NCBI GenBank assembly: GCA_965205975.1
Contig: OZ242195.1
Location: 3,040,001-3,104,000 of the forward strand
Origin: Candidatus Latescibacterota bacterium
GTDB lineage: Bacteria; Latescibacterota; UBA2968
Length of the DNA stretch: 64,000 nucleotides
Reading direction: 5' to 3'
Position numbers and translations under genes: made by a program. Each line of letters starts with the position of its first letter. Position 1 is the first letter of the stretch. The notes beneath the pieces are model-generated. The model did no database searches. It was given only the letters and a program-made list of their open reading frames with translations, and was not told the origin of the DNA. This document shows, piece by piece, positions 1-9,884 of this stretch.

Positions 1-303
1 GTACTGCGGCTCTTCACTTCCCGTAGCCTCCGCATAAGCCAAATACTGCGCGTTGGTCACCTCGTATTTATCGATATAAAATGCGTCGAGCATCACCTCG
101 TGTGGCGGGCGCTCATTGGAGGGACCATCGCTCGACCCCATCGTAAAAGTGCTGGCCGGAACAAAAACCTGCACATGCTCCGTACCCGCAGGCGTGGTCA
201 CAACAGATTCTTCAACCACATACTCTGGATCGGTGGGCTTGCCACAGGCCATGGCCAATGCAATACCCAAAACGCCGAACCGATAAATCGTTTTTGGTAT
301 CAT
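1..303 (-). CDS. SUMF1/FGE-sulfatase domain lipoprotein, 5' part (runs off window; absent from ORF track)
   Basis: Manual translation from ATG 303 (AGGAG upstream): MIPKTIYRFGVLGIALAMACGKPTDP...FVPASTFTMGSSDGPSNERPPHEVMLDAFYIDKYEVTNAQY; lipobox plus the F.MG...E.P.H.V....F.I...EVTN.QY FGE signature. Confidence 0.88.
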   Translation of the reverse strand, partial: MIPKTIYRFGVLGIALAMACGKPTDPEYVVEESVVTTPAGTEHVQVFVPASTFTMGSSDGPSNERPPHEVMLDAFYIDKYEVTNAQYLAYAEATGSEEPQY

Positions 304-325
304 TGCATTCTCCTGCGACAGGCGC

Positions 326-420
326 GAATCAACGAATCTGCGAAAGCATTTGGGTGGCGGGGTGGGGTTCGTCTATTCTCTATTCGTCTATTCGTCTATT
401 CGTCTATTCGTCTATTCGTC
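326..420 (-). repeat. Composite intergenic repeat: (GAATAGAC)n - C-rich core - (GATTCGTT/GATTCGCA)n
   Basis: About 6 tandem CTATTCGT units at 368-420 and CGAATCAACGAATCTGCGAA at 326-345; related copies at 16883-16982 and 23963-24057. Confidence 0.85.
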
Positions 421-423
421 CTC

Positions 424-1434
424 TCACATCCAAACAATATAATTGCCCGAATCCACCATAATGCGATGCACATACGTCTCGATCATCGCGTGGTCCCGCT
501 CGTGTTCTGTAGTCTCTAAGCTAAAAGGCCGCAACACCGGAATCTGCATCTCTGGATCTGTCCAATCTTGCACATAAACCGAAGATTTCATACCACTCAA
601 CACCACCTGAATATCGGTTATCAAATCATCCGTAAAATGATTGGGCAAATCCCACAGTGCAATCTCGGCATTAAAAGTCTGCAAATCAGATACAAACCGC
701 GTCTTGTGACTCTGAACAGTCTCATTAAACGCCCGCTGCAACGCGATGCGCCCATCCAAATGCGTACACGTACGCACCAGAGGCCCCAAATCTTTGGGAC
801 ACACCACCGCGTGAACCGTCGTCACCTTCTCATTCTCCCCCGGCACGGCCACAGCCAGCATCTTTTCTGCAACGCGAGGAGCAAAATCCGTCAAATTTGG
901 ATCGATAAACTGCCGGTGTTCCAATCCCGGCCAATAAAAATGCCTCCCCACATCCAGGTGTTCGTGCATCTCCAGCAAACCGTGAAACACGCACTCCAGC
1001 ACAGTATTGCCCGCCGAAACGCCATTTGCCGAATCATTCAAATGCGGCACATCCGAAGCCTTCATATCGGTCGGCACAAGTTCGACATCAGAAGTCAACT
1101 CATAAATCGGAGTCTCTCGCCCGCTCGCCAGCGCGTCAAAAAACGAAATGCGCTCGACCGCCTCTGCCATCGCCCCCGCCAGCACCTGCTGTTTGGAAAG
1201 CCCTTTGCCCATCGTGCGAAGCGCGATACCCTCCATCAGCGGCCCTTCGTATTTGCGAAACAGCGCCGACTGCACGTAATCCGTATAACAATCGGCAATC
1301 CACACCGTATCGTAAAACCGCCGCGCGCGCGTTTGAAACCGACACTTCTTGGACAGCGCCTCCCCGAACCGCTCAATAGTCTCTTCAAACGGAACCGTGC
1401 GATCGGCAATAACGATATGATGCGACTCACTCAT
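424..1434 (-). CDS. YcaO-like protein (compact, 336 aa)
   Basis: GKG...AGAMAEAVER and SANGVSAGNT..E...HGLLEMHE match the YcaO ATP/Mg-binding motifs. Confidence 0.8.
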   Translation of the reverse strand: MSESHHIVIADRTVPFEETIERFGEALSKKCRFQTRARRFYDTVWIADCYTDYVQSALFRKYEGPLMEGIALRTMGKGLSKQQVLAGAMAEAVERISFFDALASGRETPIYELTSDVELVPTDMKASDVPHLNDSANGVSAGNTVLECVFHGLLEMHEHLDVGRHFYWPGLEHRQFIDPNLTDFAPRVAEKMLAVAVPGENEKVTTVHAVVCPKDLGPLVRTCTHLDGRIALQRAFNETVQSHKTRFVSDLQTFNAEIALWDLPNHFTDDLITDIQVVLSGMKSSVYVQDWTDPEMQIPVLRPFSLETTEHERDHAMIETYVHRIMVDSGNYIVWM

Positions 1435-2564
1435 TGCGCCCGTGCCCGATTCATATCTTCAACCGCCTCGGCAAACCGTCCCATTTGCCGAAACGTCTCC
1501 GCGCGGAGTTCTCGTGCCCATCCATTTTCGGGATCGATATCCAACGCCCGCGTAAAATCTGAAACCGCTGCCTCATACTGCCCCAGCATCCGTCGGGACT
1601 CCCCGCGATTTGCCCAAACCCACGCATCACCATCATCCATCATCACCGCCCGATCAAAATCGATCAGCGACGCCTCGGGATCATTTTCCATCCGCAACGC
1701 GACGCCGCGCCCCATAAGCGCCCACAGATGATCGGGAAAATTCTCCAGCACCCGTGTAAAATCGCGTATTGCTTCGGCACTTCGCCCCAATTGCCGCAAC
1801 ATATCACCCCGCGCGGCCCACAAATCCGGATCACCAGGCGCGACGACGAGTGCGCGGTCAAAATCCAAAAGCGCATCCTCCAATTGACCGATCTCCCGCA
1901 GCACCTCGCCCCGCCCGATCAACGCGCCCAGATGATCGGGCATAGCCTTCAAAGCCTCCCCAAACATCTCCATCGCAGCCCCAGCTTCATCAGCCTGTCG
2001 ATAGACCTCCGCCCGTCCGGCAAACGCATCCGGATGCCCATTGCCCACCGCAATCGCCCGATCAAAATCGCCCGCCGCCGCATCGAAATGCCCCAACTGC
2101 ATCAGCACATGCCCGCGGCTGATCAGCGCGCCAAAATAATCTGCATCCAACGCCAAAACCCGATTGAGATCCCCCAGTGCCTCCTCAAACCGCCCCATCT
2201 CGCGCAGGGTCTCCCCCCGGCTGGCAAGTGCCTGCGTATTGTCCGGATCGAGCGCAACAGCCTTTCCAAAGCTATCTATCGCCGCATCAAAATGCCCCAT
2301 CAACCCGCAGGCAATCGCGCGATTACTCCACACCCATGGATCGTCTGGCGCCAGAGCGATTGCGCGGTCAAAATCCGCAATCGCCGCATCAAATTGTCCC
2401 AATTGTCCATAAGTAATCCCGCGATGCACAAACACAACGGCATCGCTATCACACGCCGCAATCGCCGCATCAAAACCCGCAACAGCCGCTTTCAGATCGC
2501 CACCATCGCGGTGCGCGATGGCGCGCTGAACCACAGCTTCAAAGTCATTTATAGATAGAGGCAT
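1431..2564 (-). CDS. Tetratricopeptide repeat protein
   Basis: About 11 tandem 34-aa RG...G....A..DF.RA..L.P repeats; likely start ATG 2564; ATGA overlap with the YcaO gene. Confidence 0.9.
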   Translation of the reverse strand: MPLSINDFEAVVQRAIAHRDGGDLKAAVAGFDAAIAACDSDAVVFVHRGITYGQLGQFDAAIADFDRAIALAPDDPWVWSNRAIACGLMGHFDAAIDSFGKAVALDPDNTQALASRGETLREMGRFEEALGDLNRVLALDADYFGALISRGHVLMQLGHFDAAAGDFDRAIAVGNGHPDAFAGRAEVYRQADEAGAAMEMFGEALKAMPDHLGALIGRGEVLREIGQLEDALLDFDRALVVAPGDPDLWAARGDMLRQLGRSAEAIRDFTRVLENFPDHLWALMGRGVALRMENDPEASLIDFDRAVMMDDGDAWVWANRGESRRMLGQYEAAVSDFTRALDIDPENGWARELRAETFRQMGRFAEAVEDMNRARAQ

Positions 2565-2728
2565 AAAAGAAAAAGTGGGAACCGTCAGACACCCAAAACG
2601 TAAACACAATGTAGATAAACCAAACCCCAAAATCAAGCGCAAACCCCGTGACATTTTGCACGCGATTTAGTATATTACAGCGGTCAGAGGTGAGACGACC
2701 CCACCTTATCCTTCTTGTATCTCAAAAC

Positions 2729-2752
2729 GGGCGAGGCATGCCTCGCCCCTAC
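2729..2752. repeat. REP-like palindrome (GTAG/CTAC type)
   Basis: GGGCGAGGCATGCCTCGCCC perfect palindrome followed by CTAC. Confidence 0.7.
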
Positions 2753-2768
2753 ATTATGGAGGAACACC

Positions 2769-4070
2769 ATGAAACATCTGTGTATTTTTTCTATCGCCCT
2801 ATTTCTGTGCTTATGCACAACAGCTTTTGCCCAGCCCAATGTGGGTGAAAAAGTAGGTGAATTTCAGCTCCAGGCCCTCGACGGCAGATCTTACGGCGTC
2901 AGTCATTCGGCCAATACCGTCTCCGTCCTGTTTTTTGTAGGCTACAACTGAGGAACTTGCATAGGGGCGGGTCCCGCCTTTGAAAGAGATGTTCACCAAC
3001 GGAACAAAGACACAGCCGGCGTACAAGTTCTCACACTCGACAGATACAATGGCAACCGCGCACAGGCGCAATCCTATCTGACACAAGCCAGAGTAACGAC
3101 GCCCATGCTCACCAATGCCTCTGGCGTCTCCGCAACTCTCGGCACTCGCAACGAAGATATCCTGGTCGTTGACCAGGGAGGTATCCTACGCCTCAGAACC
3201 ACGGCAATCGCCACCGGCTCTCATCACCTGATCAACGCGCAAATCGATGCACTACTCAACAAAACGCCTGTTATTTCTCTATTCCCAAACGAGCTTTACT
3301 TTGGCAGAACCCTTGTCGTGGGGCAATCCAAAACCGTAGAGTTTAAGATCGAAAACACCGGTGCAGGTCCCCTCGAAATCACCGGATACTCGGCTCCCGA
3401 AGGCATCACAATGGAGCCATCCACCCTGACCATAGCGCCCGGCGAAAGCAAAACCGTACAAATCACCCTGACGCCAACACAGGCCGGCACATTATCGGGT
3501 AAAATCACCCTCCAGCACGGCGAACAAAGTGTTGGCACACTGGAAGTCCCTTTTCTCGACCTCACCATCGAAGCGCCCCAACTCCCGGTCATTTCACTGA
3601 TTCAGGAAAACTTGAGCCTGGGTGAAATCGAAGTGGGCAAAGACGTCACCACAACATTCACCATCACAAATACTGGCTCGGGTCCACTCACCATCACAGA
3701 CATCCAATCCAACATCGCGGGCATTGCATTTTCAGAAACCCAATTAACAGTGCCACCCGGTCAATCTCAAGACATCACCGTGACTTTCAGTCCGCCAGCC
3801 GAAGGGCCTATCACCGGCACCATCGACGTATTTTCAGACGACCCTGAAAAAGCCTCAATCAGTCTGACCATCACCGGATCGGCCATCTTCATCCCCGCTG
3901 ATCCACGCACCGACTTCGACGGTTCGCGCACCATTAACTTCGCGGACTTCCTCTTGTTCGTAAGTGCCTTTGGCACGACCGATGCAACCTTCGATCTCAA
4001 CGGGTCCGGCACTGTTGACTTTCCCGACTTTCTCATATTCGTCCAGAACTTTGGGAAAACAATCAACTAA
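2769..4070 (+). CDS. Probable selenoprotein: signal peptide + AhpC/TSA-like redoxin (UxxC) + two Ig-like domains + C-terminal EF-hand/dockerin-like domain (433 aa, Sec61)
   Basis: ORFs 2715-2951 and 3105-4070 are in the same frame, separated only by TGA 2949-2951; read-through gives VLFFVGYN-U-GTC; NTG.GPL.IT Ig repeats; DFDGSRTINFADFL..DLNGSGTVDFPDFL. Confidence 0.85.
2963..2981 (+). promoter_or_regulatory. Candidate bacterial SECIS hairpin
   Basis: AGGGGCGG-GTC-CCGCCTTT stem-loop; apical loop begins GU, 19 nt after the UGA. Confidence 0.55.
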
Positions 4071-4074
4071 AAAA

Positions 4075-4104
4075 GTAGGGACAACCACTCGGGGTTGTCC
4101 CTAC
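4075..4104. repeat. REP-like palindrome
   Basis: GTAGGGACAACC-ACTCGG-GGTTGTCCCTAC directly after the stop codon. Confidence 0.8.
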
Positions 4105-4132
4105 CCTCTGTAGTTATCCCGCACTATTTTCC

Positions 4133-4834
4133 ATGTCCCACCGCCAAACGCTCATCAACGCATTCAAACGCATCCTCGAAATATCGGATCACGACCATCT
4201 CTATTTGCCCTTTCAACGCGACAGCAAATTGCGGGCAAAACACTTTCCCGGCGCAGGGTCTAAAATCGGGCGAAAAAAACTCATCGACGCATATCTCCTT
4301 GAATTTGGCGACACAAACCCCGACGAAAAATTGCTCCAACACGCCACCTATCCCTGGATTCACGGGTACGACGCCAGCCTCACGCATATTCTCGATGACC
4401 TCCGAAAACACGAAAAAAAAGCACCCGCCGAACTTTCTACGGACCGAAGACGCGCACTCGAAAAGAAATTTACCCGCACGGGTGCCGAAGAAATCTCTGC
4501 CTTCTGGAGCGTATATGCCGCCGCCGACAACAGCTATCGCAAAAGCGTCATAGAAATGCTAGCCCGCGTCAAACCACCCGAAACGGCCCCCCCGACCGTT
4601 CAGCCTACACAAAAGCCCACAACTCGCGCCCCCTCTCAAATAGAACCCACCACACAGTCGGGATATGCTTTGATGGGCGCGCTTATCTTCTTTGTCCCCA
4701 CCTTTATATTTACTATAATACAATATTGGCGACTCCCAAATGAAAGCCACTATATCGCCTTATCAATCGCCGGATTTTTTGGGATAGTCACACTCATCTT
4801 CCTCATCGACTACTTGCGTAAACGCAACACATGA
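4133..4834 (+). CDS. Hypothetical membrane protein (two C-terminal TM helices)
   Basis: 233-aa ORF, Pro/Thr linker then two hydrophobic segments; ATGA overlap with next ORF. Confidence 0.7.
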   Translation: MSHRQTLINAFKRILEISDHDHLYLPFQRDSKLRAKHFPGAGSKIGRKKLIDAYLLEFGDTNPDEKLLQHATYPWIHGYDASLTHILDDLRKHEKKAPAELSTDRRRALEKKFTRTGAEEISAFWSVYAAADNSYRKSVIEMLARVKPPETAPPTVQPTQKPTTRAPSQIEPTTQSGYALMGALIFFVPTFIFTIIQYWRLPNESHYIALSIAGFFGIVTLIFLIDYLRKRNT

Positions 4835-4947
4835 CCACAATGAACAAAGGCACCTACCCCCGGCCCCTTCCTGAGAGGAAGGGGAGAAAACCTACCATCC
4901 CTCGCTTCTTGCCCTTCATCTGCGTCCATCTGCGTCATCTGCGGATA

Positions 4948-6726
4948 ATGATCTCCACCGTCCTCTTTCTCACCCTCCCGCTTCGCTCCTGGGCAGTTCC
5001 CCTTCAGATCGGCGACAGCCTCAATGATTTTGCCCTTGCCGACCTCAACGGCTCGTCCGTTACCCTCAGTGATTTATCTCAGAACCGCGCACTCGTCATC
5101 ATCTTCAGTTCCGTCGTCTGCCCCGCCTCGCTAAAATACGACATACACCGCACACAAATACACGAACAATATGCCCCCAGAGGTGTACACCTGATATCTG
5201 TAAATGCCAATTTTAACGAAACCGACAAAGACATCAAAGAACACTACGCCCAAAACCCCGTACCCTTCGCTGTCCTGCGCGACCCGCACAACAAACTCGC
5301 CGATCATCTCGGCGCAACACATACCCCCCATGCCTTTCTCTTTGACGCCCAACGCCGCCTGCGCTACAAGGGCGAAATCGACAACGGCTGGGGCGTACCC
5401 GAAGACACGACCTCGCGCGGTTTATGGGACGCCCTCGATGCACTGCTCGCCAACCGCGAAATTATCAACACCAACCTGCCCAGTTTTGGCTGTGAAATCA
5501 GACGCACACCCCGGCCAACAACTGTGGCGAACACCTCTACCCCAACATTTTATCGCGACATCTTGCCCCTGCTCCAAAACCGCTGCCAGAACTGCCATCG
5601 CCCTGGCGGTATCGGTCGCGTACCCTTTTTCGACTACACAGAAGTACTCGCCTGGGCCTATCAGATGCGCGACTCCATCGAAGCCCGCATCATGCCGCCC
5701 TGGAAAGCGCGCCCAGAATACGGCGACTTCAAAAATTCCCGCAGACTCACAGACGCCGAAATACACACCTTCGCGCAATGGGTCAACAGCGGCCTGCCAG
5801 AGGGCGATCCCTCCGACCAGCCCGAACCTCTCACATTTGCCAAAAGCTGGACCCTGGGCACGCCCGATCTGATCCTCGAACCCGAAGCACCCTATTCACT
5901 CGAAGCCGTGGGGCGCGATGAATACCGCTGCTTTGTCTTGCCCACAAAACAGGACACAGGCAACTACGTATCGGCTATTGAAGTCCTGCCCGGAGAACGC
6001 GAAGTCGTCCACCACGTCAGCGTGTACATAGACATCTCTGGCAAAGCGCGCCTGCAACAGAAAAACGCATCATCGCCGGGCTACCCTTGCTTTGGCGGAA
6101 TTGGCGTGCCCATCTACGAATCCCTGGGCGGTTGGGCACCCGGCAACACCCCCTTTGTCCTTCCAGATGGCACAGGCCGCGATTTACCGCCCAACAGCGA
6201 CATCATACTTCAGATCCACTATCACAAAATTGGTCGCGCCGTAAAAGATCACTCCCGACTGGGAATCTACTTTGCCAAAAAACCCGTCCAGAAACAGCTC
6301 AGAGAAGAAGCCATCAACAGCCGTTTGCTCTTCATTCCGCCCAACATCAAACGACACAGAGTAACCGGAGCAATCACCATCACCCGCGACCAGCACCTGC
6401 TCGGCATCTTGCCGCACATGCACCTGCTCGGCACAGAAATGAAAATAACCGCAACCTATCCCGACGGCACACAACACCCCTTAATATGGGTTAAACCCTA
6501 TGACTTCAACTGGCAAGAAACCTATGTGTACAAAACACCCGTCGCACTCCCGCGCGGTACCCGCATCGCGCTCGAAGCCTTTTACGACAACTCTGCCGAC
6601 AACCCCCGAAATCCCAACAATCCACCCAGGCTGGTGCGATGGGGCGAAAAATCAACCGATGAAATGTGTACCGCATTTCTCTATGTCACGCACGATGATG
6701 AAAATTTAGAAACAGGTAAGAAATGA
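4948..6726 (+). CDS. Secreted redoxin + c-type heme + PHM/DBM-like copper monooxygenase fusion
   Basis: CPAS redoxin motif, CQNCH heme motif, VVHH, PHMH..G and DEMC copper ligands; the ORF-track N-terminus (4831-4947) is built of repeats, so the start is probably ATG 4948. Confidence 0.82.
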   Translation: MISTVLFLTLPLRSWAVPLQIGDSLNDFALADLNGSSVTLSDLSQNRALVIIFSSVVCPASLKYDIHRTQIHEQYAPRGVHLISVNANFNETDKDIKEHYAQNPVPFAVLRDPHNKLADHLGATHTPHAFLFDAQRRLRYKGEIDNGWGVPEDTTSRGLWDALDALLANREIINTNLPSFGCEIRRTPRPTTVANTSTPTFYRDILPLLQNRCQNCHRPGGIGRVPFFDYTEVLAWAYQMRDSIEARIMPPWKARPEYGDFKNSRRLTDAEIHTFAQWVNSGLPEGDPSDQPEPLTFAKSWTLGTPDLILEPEAPYSLEAVGRDEYRCFVLPTKQDTGNYVSAIEVLPGEREVVHHVSVYIDISGKARLQQKNASSPGYPCFGGIGVPIYESLGGWAPGNTPFVLPDGTGRDLPPNSDIILQIHYHKIGRAVKDHSRLGIYFAKKPVQKQLREEAINSRLLFIPPNIKRHRVTGAITITRDQHLLGILPHMHLLGTEMKITATYPDGTQHPLIWVKPYDFNWQETYVYKTPVALPRGTRIALEAFYDNSADNPRNPNNPPRLVRWGEKSTDEMCTAFLYVTHDDENLETGKK

Positions 6727-6727
6727 C

Positions 6728-8323
6728 ATGAAAAAATTCCTCAAGCTCAGCATCCTGATAACCCTGATCCACGCGCCTATCTACGCCCAATGGAACATCG
6801 CCGTATTGCCACATGAAAACACACTGGGCGATCCGCAGTGGAATTGGCTCTCCGCAGCCATTGTCGAAGGATATATCAACGCCTATTACCATGTACCGAA
6901 AATACATGCCGTTGACGAAGAATATCTGCGCCACAAACTCGGAGACACGCCAGTAAGTTCCTCTGATCTCGCACAAAAATTAGACATCCACCTGATTTTA
7001 AGTGGGCGTTACGACATTGCGGGAGGGCGCATCCAAATCGAAACCGACATGCTTCATACAACCACAGGCGAAGTCATCGAAACCTTTACAGGTCAGGCAT
7101 CCACCTCTACGCCGCTCGACGCCATATTGCCCGTACTCTACGCCATTGCAGATCGGTTAAACGCGACCCTGACACCCCATGAAAAAACCCGCCTGCAAAT
7201 CCCCATGTTTCACGATCCACAAGCGCTTCACATCGCAACCGAAAGCATGGTGGCACTGTATCGGGCACTGCGACAATCTCCCATTGACGACACGCTACTT
7301 ACACAGGCTGAAGGCGGTCTAAAACGCGCCGTGCAACGCGATGCCAAAAGCGCGATGCCCCATTATTATCTCGGGCGCATACACGAAACGCGCAACAAAA
7401 TATCAGAAGCGGAAAACGCCTATCGCAACGCCCTCAAAATCGACTTTGAACACGTTGCAGCGCGCTATCGCCTATCTCTGCTCCTCAAAAAGCGCGGACA
7501 CACAGAAGAAGCCATGAACGAACTCGAACAAGCCCTCCAGCAGTCGCCCATAAACCCCGATATTCAGGCAGCCCTATCCAGCATGTTTTTCAATCAATAC
7601 GCTCAAACCTTTGAAACAATCACCTCACAACTTCGCCAGGCCATCCAGGCCAATCCCGATGACCCCATTGCCTGTTATGAATTGGCCAATGCCTATAACG
7701 AACTCGACCGCATCGACGAAGCCACAAACTATTACCATCAAGCCCTACAACGCGATTCCACATTCGCCGATGCACACTTCAAACTCGGCCTGATTGCACA
7801 CCGCAAAGGGGAACACGAAAAAGCCGTTGACCAACTTCAAAAAGCCGCAGCGCACAACACCCAATTCACCCGCGTCCATTTTCGCCTCGGCACCATCCTC
7901 TACCTCATCGAGCGCTATGACGCAGCGATCAAAGCCTTTTCAAAAGCCATCGAAGTCGAACCCAATTACGTCATCCCGCGCTATCACCTCGGCCTGAGCT
8001 ATCTCGCAAACGCGCAGACAGACAGTGCTTATGAAGCCTTTCAGAAATACGCAGAACTCACCTCAGACGATCACCGCCCGTATTTCCAAATGGCCGAGAT
8101 TGCACGGCAAAAAGGAGAAACCGAACGCGCAATTAACGGATATATGCGCGCAATCGCCATCAGCCCTGTCCACGTACCGTCACACCTCCGTCTGGGCTAT
8201 CTCCATGCCGAGCACCAGCGCTTTGACCTCGCTGTCCAGCAACTGCAAACCGCGCTGCGCCTGCAACCCGATCATCCGGATGCCAAAAAAATCCTCGCCG
8301 ACATCCAGAAATGGACACCGTGA
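6728..8323 (+). CDS. Secreted TPR protein with N-terminal TolB-N/FlgO-like domain
   Basis: Signal peptide, IAVLP..N...D..W.WLS.., multiple TPRs. Confidence 0.82.
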   Translation: MKKFLKLSILITLIHAPIYAQWNIAVLPHENTLGDPQWNWLSAAIVEGYINAYYHVPKIHAVDEEYLRHKLGDTPVSSSDLAQKLDIHLILSGRYDIAGGRIQIETDMLHTTTGEVIETFTGQASTSTPLDAILPVLYAIADRLNATLTPHEKTRLQIPMFHDPQALHIATESMVALYRALRQSPIDDTLLTQAEGGLKRAVQRDAKSAMPHYYLGRIHETRNKISEAENAYRNALKIDFEHVAARYRLSLLLKKRGHTEEAMNELEQALQQSPINPDIQAALSSMFFNQYAQTFETITSQLRQAIQANPDDPIACYELANAYNELDRIDEATNYYHQALQRDSTFADAHFKLGLIAHRKGEHEKAVDQLQKAAAHNTQFTRVHFRLGTILYLIERYDAAIKAFSKAIEVEPNYVIPRYHLGLSYLANAQTDSAYEAFQKYAELTSDDHRPYFQMAEIARQKGETERAINGYMRAIAISPVHVPSHLRLGYLHAEHQRFDLAVQQLQTALRLQPDHPDAKKILADIQKWTP

Positions 8324-9033
8324 ACCTCCTTAAAAAATGCAGTGCCGAATTTATCGGCGCATTTGCCATCGTCTTTGGCGGATGCGGGGCCATTGCCATC
8401 AACCAGCTATCCGAAGGCGCCATCACCCACGTGGGTATTGCAACATCCTTTGGCCTCATCGTCATGACAATGGTCTATGCCACCGGGCACATCTCGGGCG
8501 CGCACTTCAACCCCGCTGTCACCACCGCCTTTGCCTTCACCCGCCACTTTCCCAAACGCGAAATTCTGCCCTACATCGCAGCGCAATGTCTCGGAGCCAT
8601 CGCCGCCAGCGGCATTCACCTCTGGTCTCTCACACCCATCTTAAAAGCAAAACACCCGCAGCAAATCCTCAACCTGGGTGTCACACAACCGATGGATAAC
8701 CTTTTTGCCACAGCTTTCATCTGGGAATTCTTGCTCACCTTCTTCTTAATGCTCGTCATCATGGCCGTTGCCACAGACTACCGCGCCACGGGTCAAGCCG
8801 CCGGCCTGGCCATTGGCGGCACCATCTGGTTTGAAGCCATGTTTGCCGGTCCGCTCTCTGGTGCCTCCATGAACCCAGCGCGCAGCCTTGGTCCCGCTCT
8901 GGCTGCTGGCGATTGGACCCATTTCTCCGCTTACGTACTCGGCCCCATTCTCGGCGCAACTGCAGGCGCGTTTTTTTACGAATTCATCCGCTGCCATTCC
9001 GACCCCGGCACAGACGCCAAAGGTTGTTGTTAA
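8311..9033 (+). CDS. MIP family channel (aquaporin/aquaglyceroporin), probably arsenite efflux
   Basis: HISGAHFNPA and SGASMNPARS; C-terminal CC; adjacent to arsC; alternative start GTG 8320. Confidence 0.92.
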   Translation: MDTVNLLKKCSAEFIGAFAIVFGGCGAIAINQLSEGAITHVGIATSFGLIVMTMVYATGHISGAHFNPAVTTAFAFTRHFPKREILPYIAAQCLGAIAASGIHLWSLTPILKAKHPQQILNLGVTQPMDNLFATAFIWEFLLTFFLMLVIMAVATDYRATGQAAGLAIGGTIWFEAMFAGPLSGASMNPARSLGPALAAGDWTHFSAYVLGPILGATAGAFFYEFIRCHSDPGTDAKGCC

Positions 9034-9051
9034 TCCATAGAAAACCATCCC

Positions 9052-9474
9052 ATGAACCGCGTACTCATCCTCTGCACGGGCAACTCCTGCCGCAGCCAAA
9101 TGGCACAAGGGCTATTTAGCCATCTGAGCAATGGCACTTACGACGCCTATAGCGCAGGCGTCAGCCCCACAACAGTCAACCCACTGGCCATTCGCGCCAT
9201 GCGTGAAATCGGCATCGACATATCCCACCACACATCCGACAGCATCGACCTCTATCTCAATCGAGACTTTGATCTCGTCATCACCGTTTGCGACAATGCC
9301 AAAGAAAATTGTCCGATCTTTCCGGGCGCCAAAAACACGCGACATTGGCCCTTTGAAGACCCCGCTGATGCCCAGGGCACAGAAGAAGAGCGCATGCGCG
9401 TATTTCGCAAAGTGCGCGACCAAATACGCGATAAAATCGCAAACTTCCTCCACATAAAAAAAGCCTCGAAATAA
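9052..9474 (+). CDS. arsC: Arsenate reductase (LMWPTP fold, thioredoxin-type)
   Basis: CTGNSCRSQMA, ITVCDNAKENCP, HWPFEDP. Confidence 0.92.
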   Translation: MNRVLILCTGNSCRSQMAQGLFSHLSNGTYDAYSAGVSPTTVNPLAIRAMREIGIDISHHTSDSIDLYLNRDFDLVITVCDNAKENCPIFPGAKNTRHWPFEDPADAQGTEEERMRVFRKVRDQIRDKIANFLHIKKASK

Positions 9475-9516
9475 CTCGAGGCTTAAAAAATTTCTGTGTC
9501 GGGGTATTATTTACCA

Positions 9517-9804
9517 TCATTTAAAATAGATACCGATTATACCGCCGATAATCACAGACAAGAGTCCCAATTGCCAATATAATAATTTATCTATACGGTT
9601 TGTCGTATTATCTATACGAGTTGATATGGCACGCATATCTTGTCTATACTCGGCCTGGTCTTTAACCATTTGATCCATGATACGATTTGATACGGCACGC
9701 ATGTCTTGCCTATACTCGGCCTGATCTTTAACCATTTGCTCTACGATGCCTTCAAGCCGCCCAATGTGCCTATCAGTTTCTTGTGATCGATCTGTGACAG
9801 CCAT
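9517..9804 (-). CDS. Small coiled-coil protein with internal 22-aa duplication and C-terminal TM anchor
   Basis: QMVKDQAEYRQDMRA twice (66-bp period); WQLGLLSVIIGGIIGIYFK tail; GAGG upstream. Confidence 0.75.
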   Translation of the reverse strand: MAVTDRSQETDRHIGRLEGIVEQMVKDQAEYRQDMRAVSNRIMDQMVKDQAEYRQDMRAISTRIDNTTNRIDKLLYWQLGLLSVIIGGIIGIYFK

Positions 9805-9884
9805 AGCCTGTTCCTCTCGCGTTAGTCTATCCGAAAATATAGCCTAAATGCCTCTCGACCAAAAGACAATTTTTTGCTATTCCG

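Noticed and set aside
368..420. Short tandem repeats as a CRISPR array
   Set aside because: Contiguous 8-mers with no unique spacers and no cas genes in the window
568..1731. Long antisense ORFs (also 1728-2558, 14084-15139, 51879-52820 and others)
   Set aside because: Shadow frames of well-supported opposite-strand genes; no recognisable motifs
2949..2951. Genome-wide UGA reassignment (code 4 or 25)
   Set aside because: Many genes end cleanly at TGA (YcaO, TPR, transposase, permeases); read-through is seen only at two catalytic-Cys positions
4831..4947. N-terminal extension of the monooxygenase ORF (similarly 23951-24058 and 14906-15154)
   Set aside because: Made of intergenic repeats or overlapping the true rhodanese 3' end; better downstream starts exist
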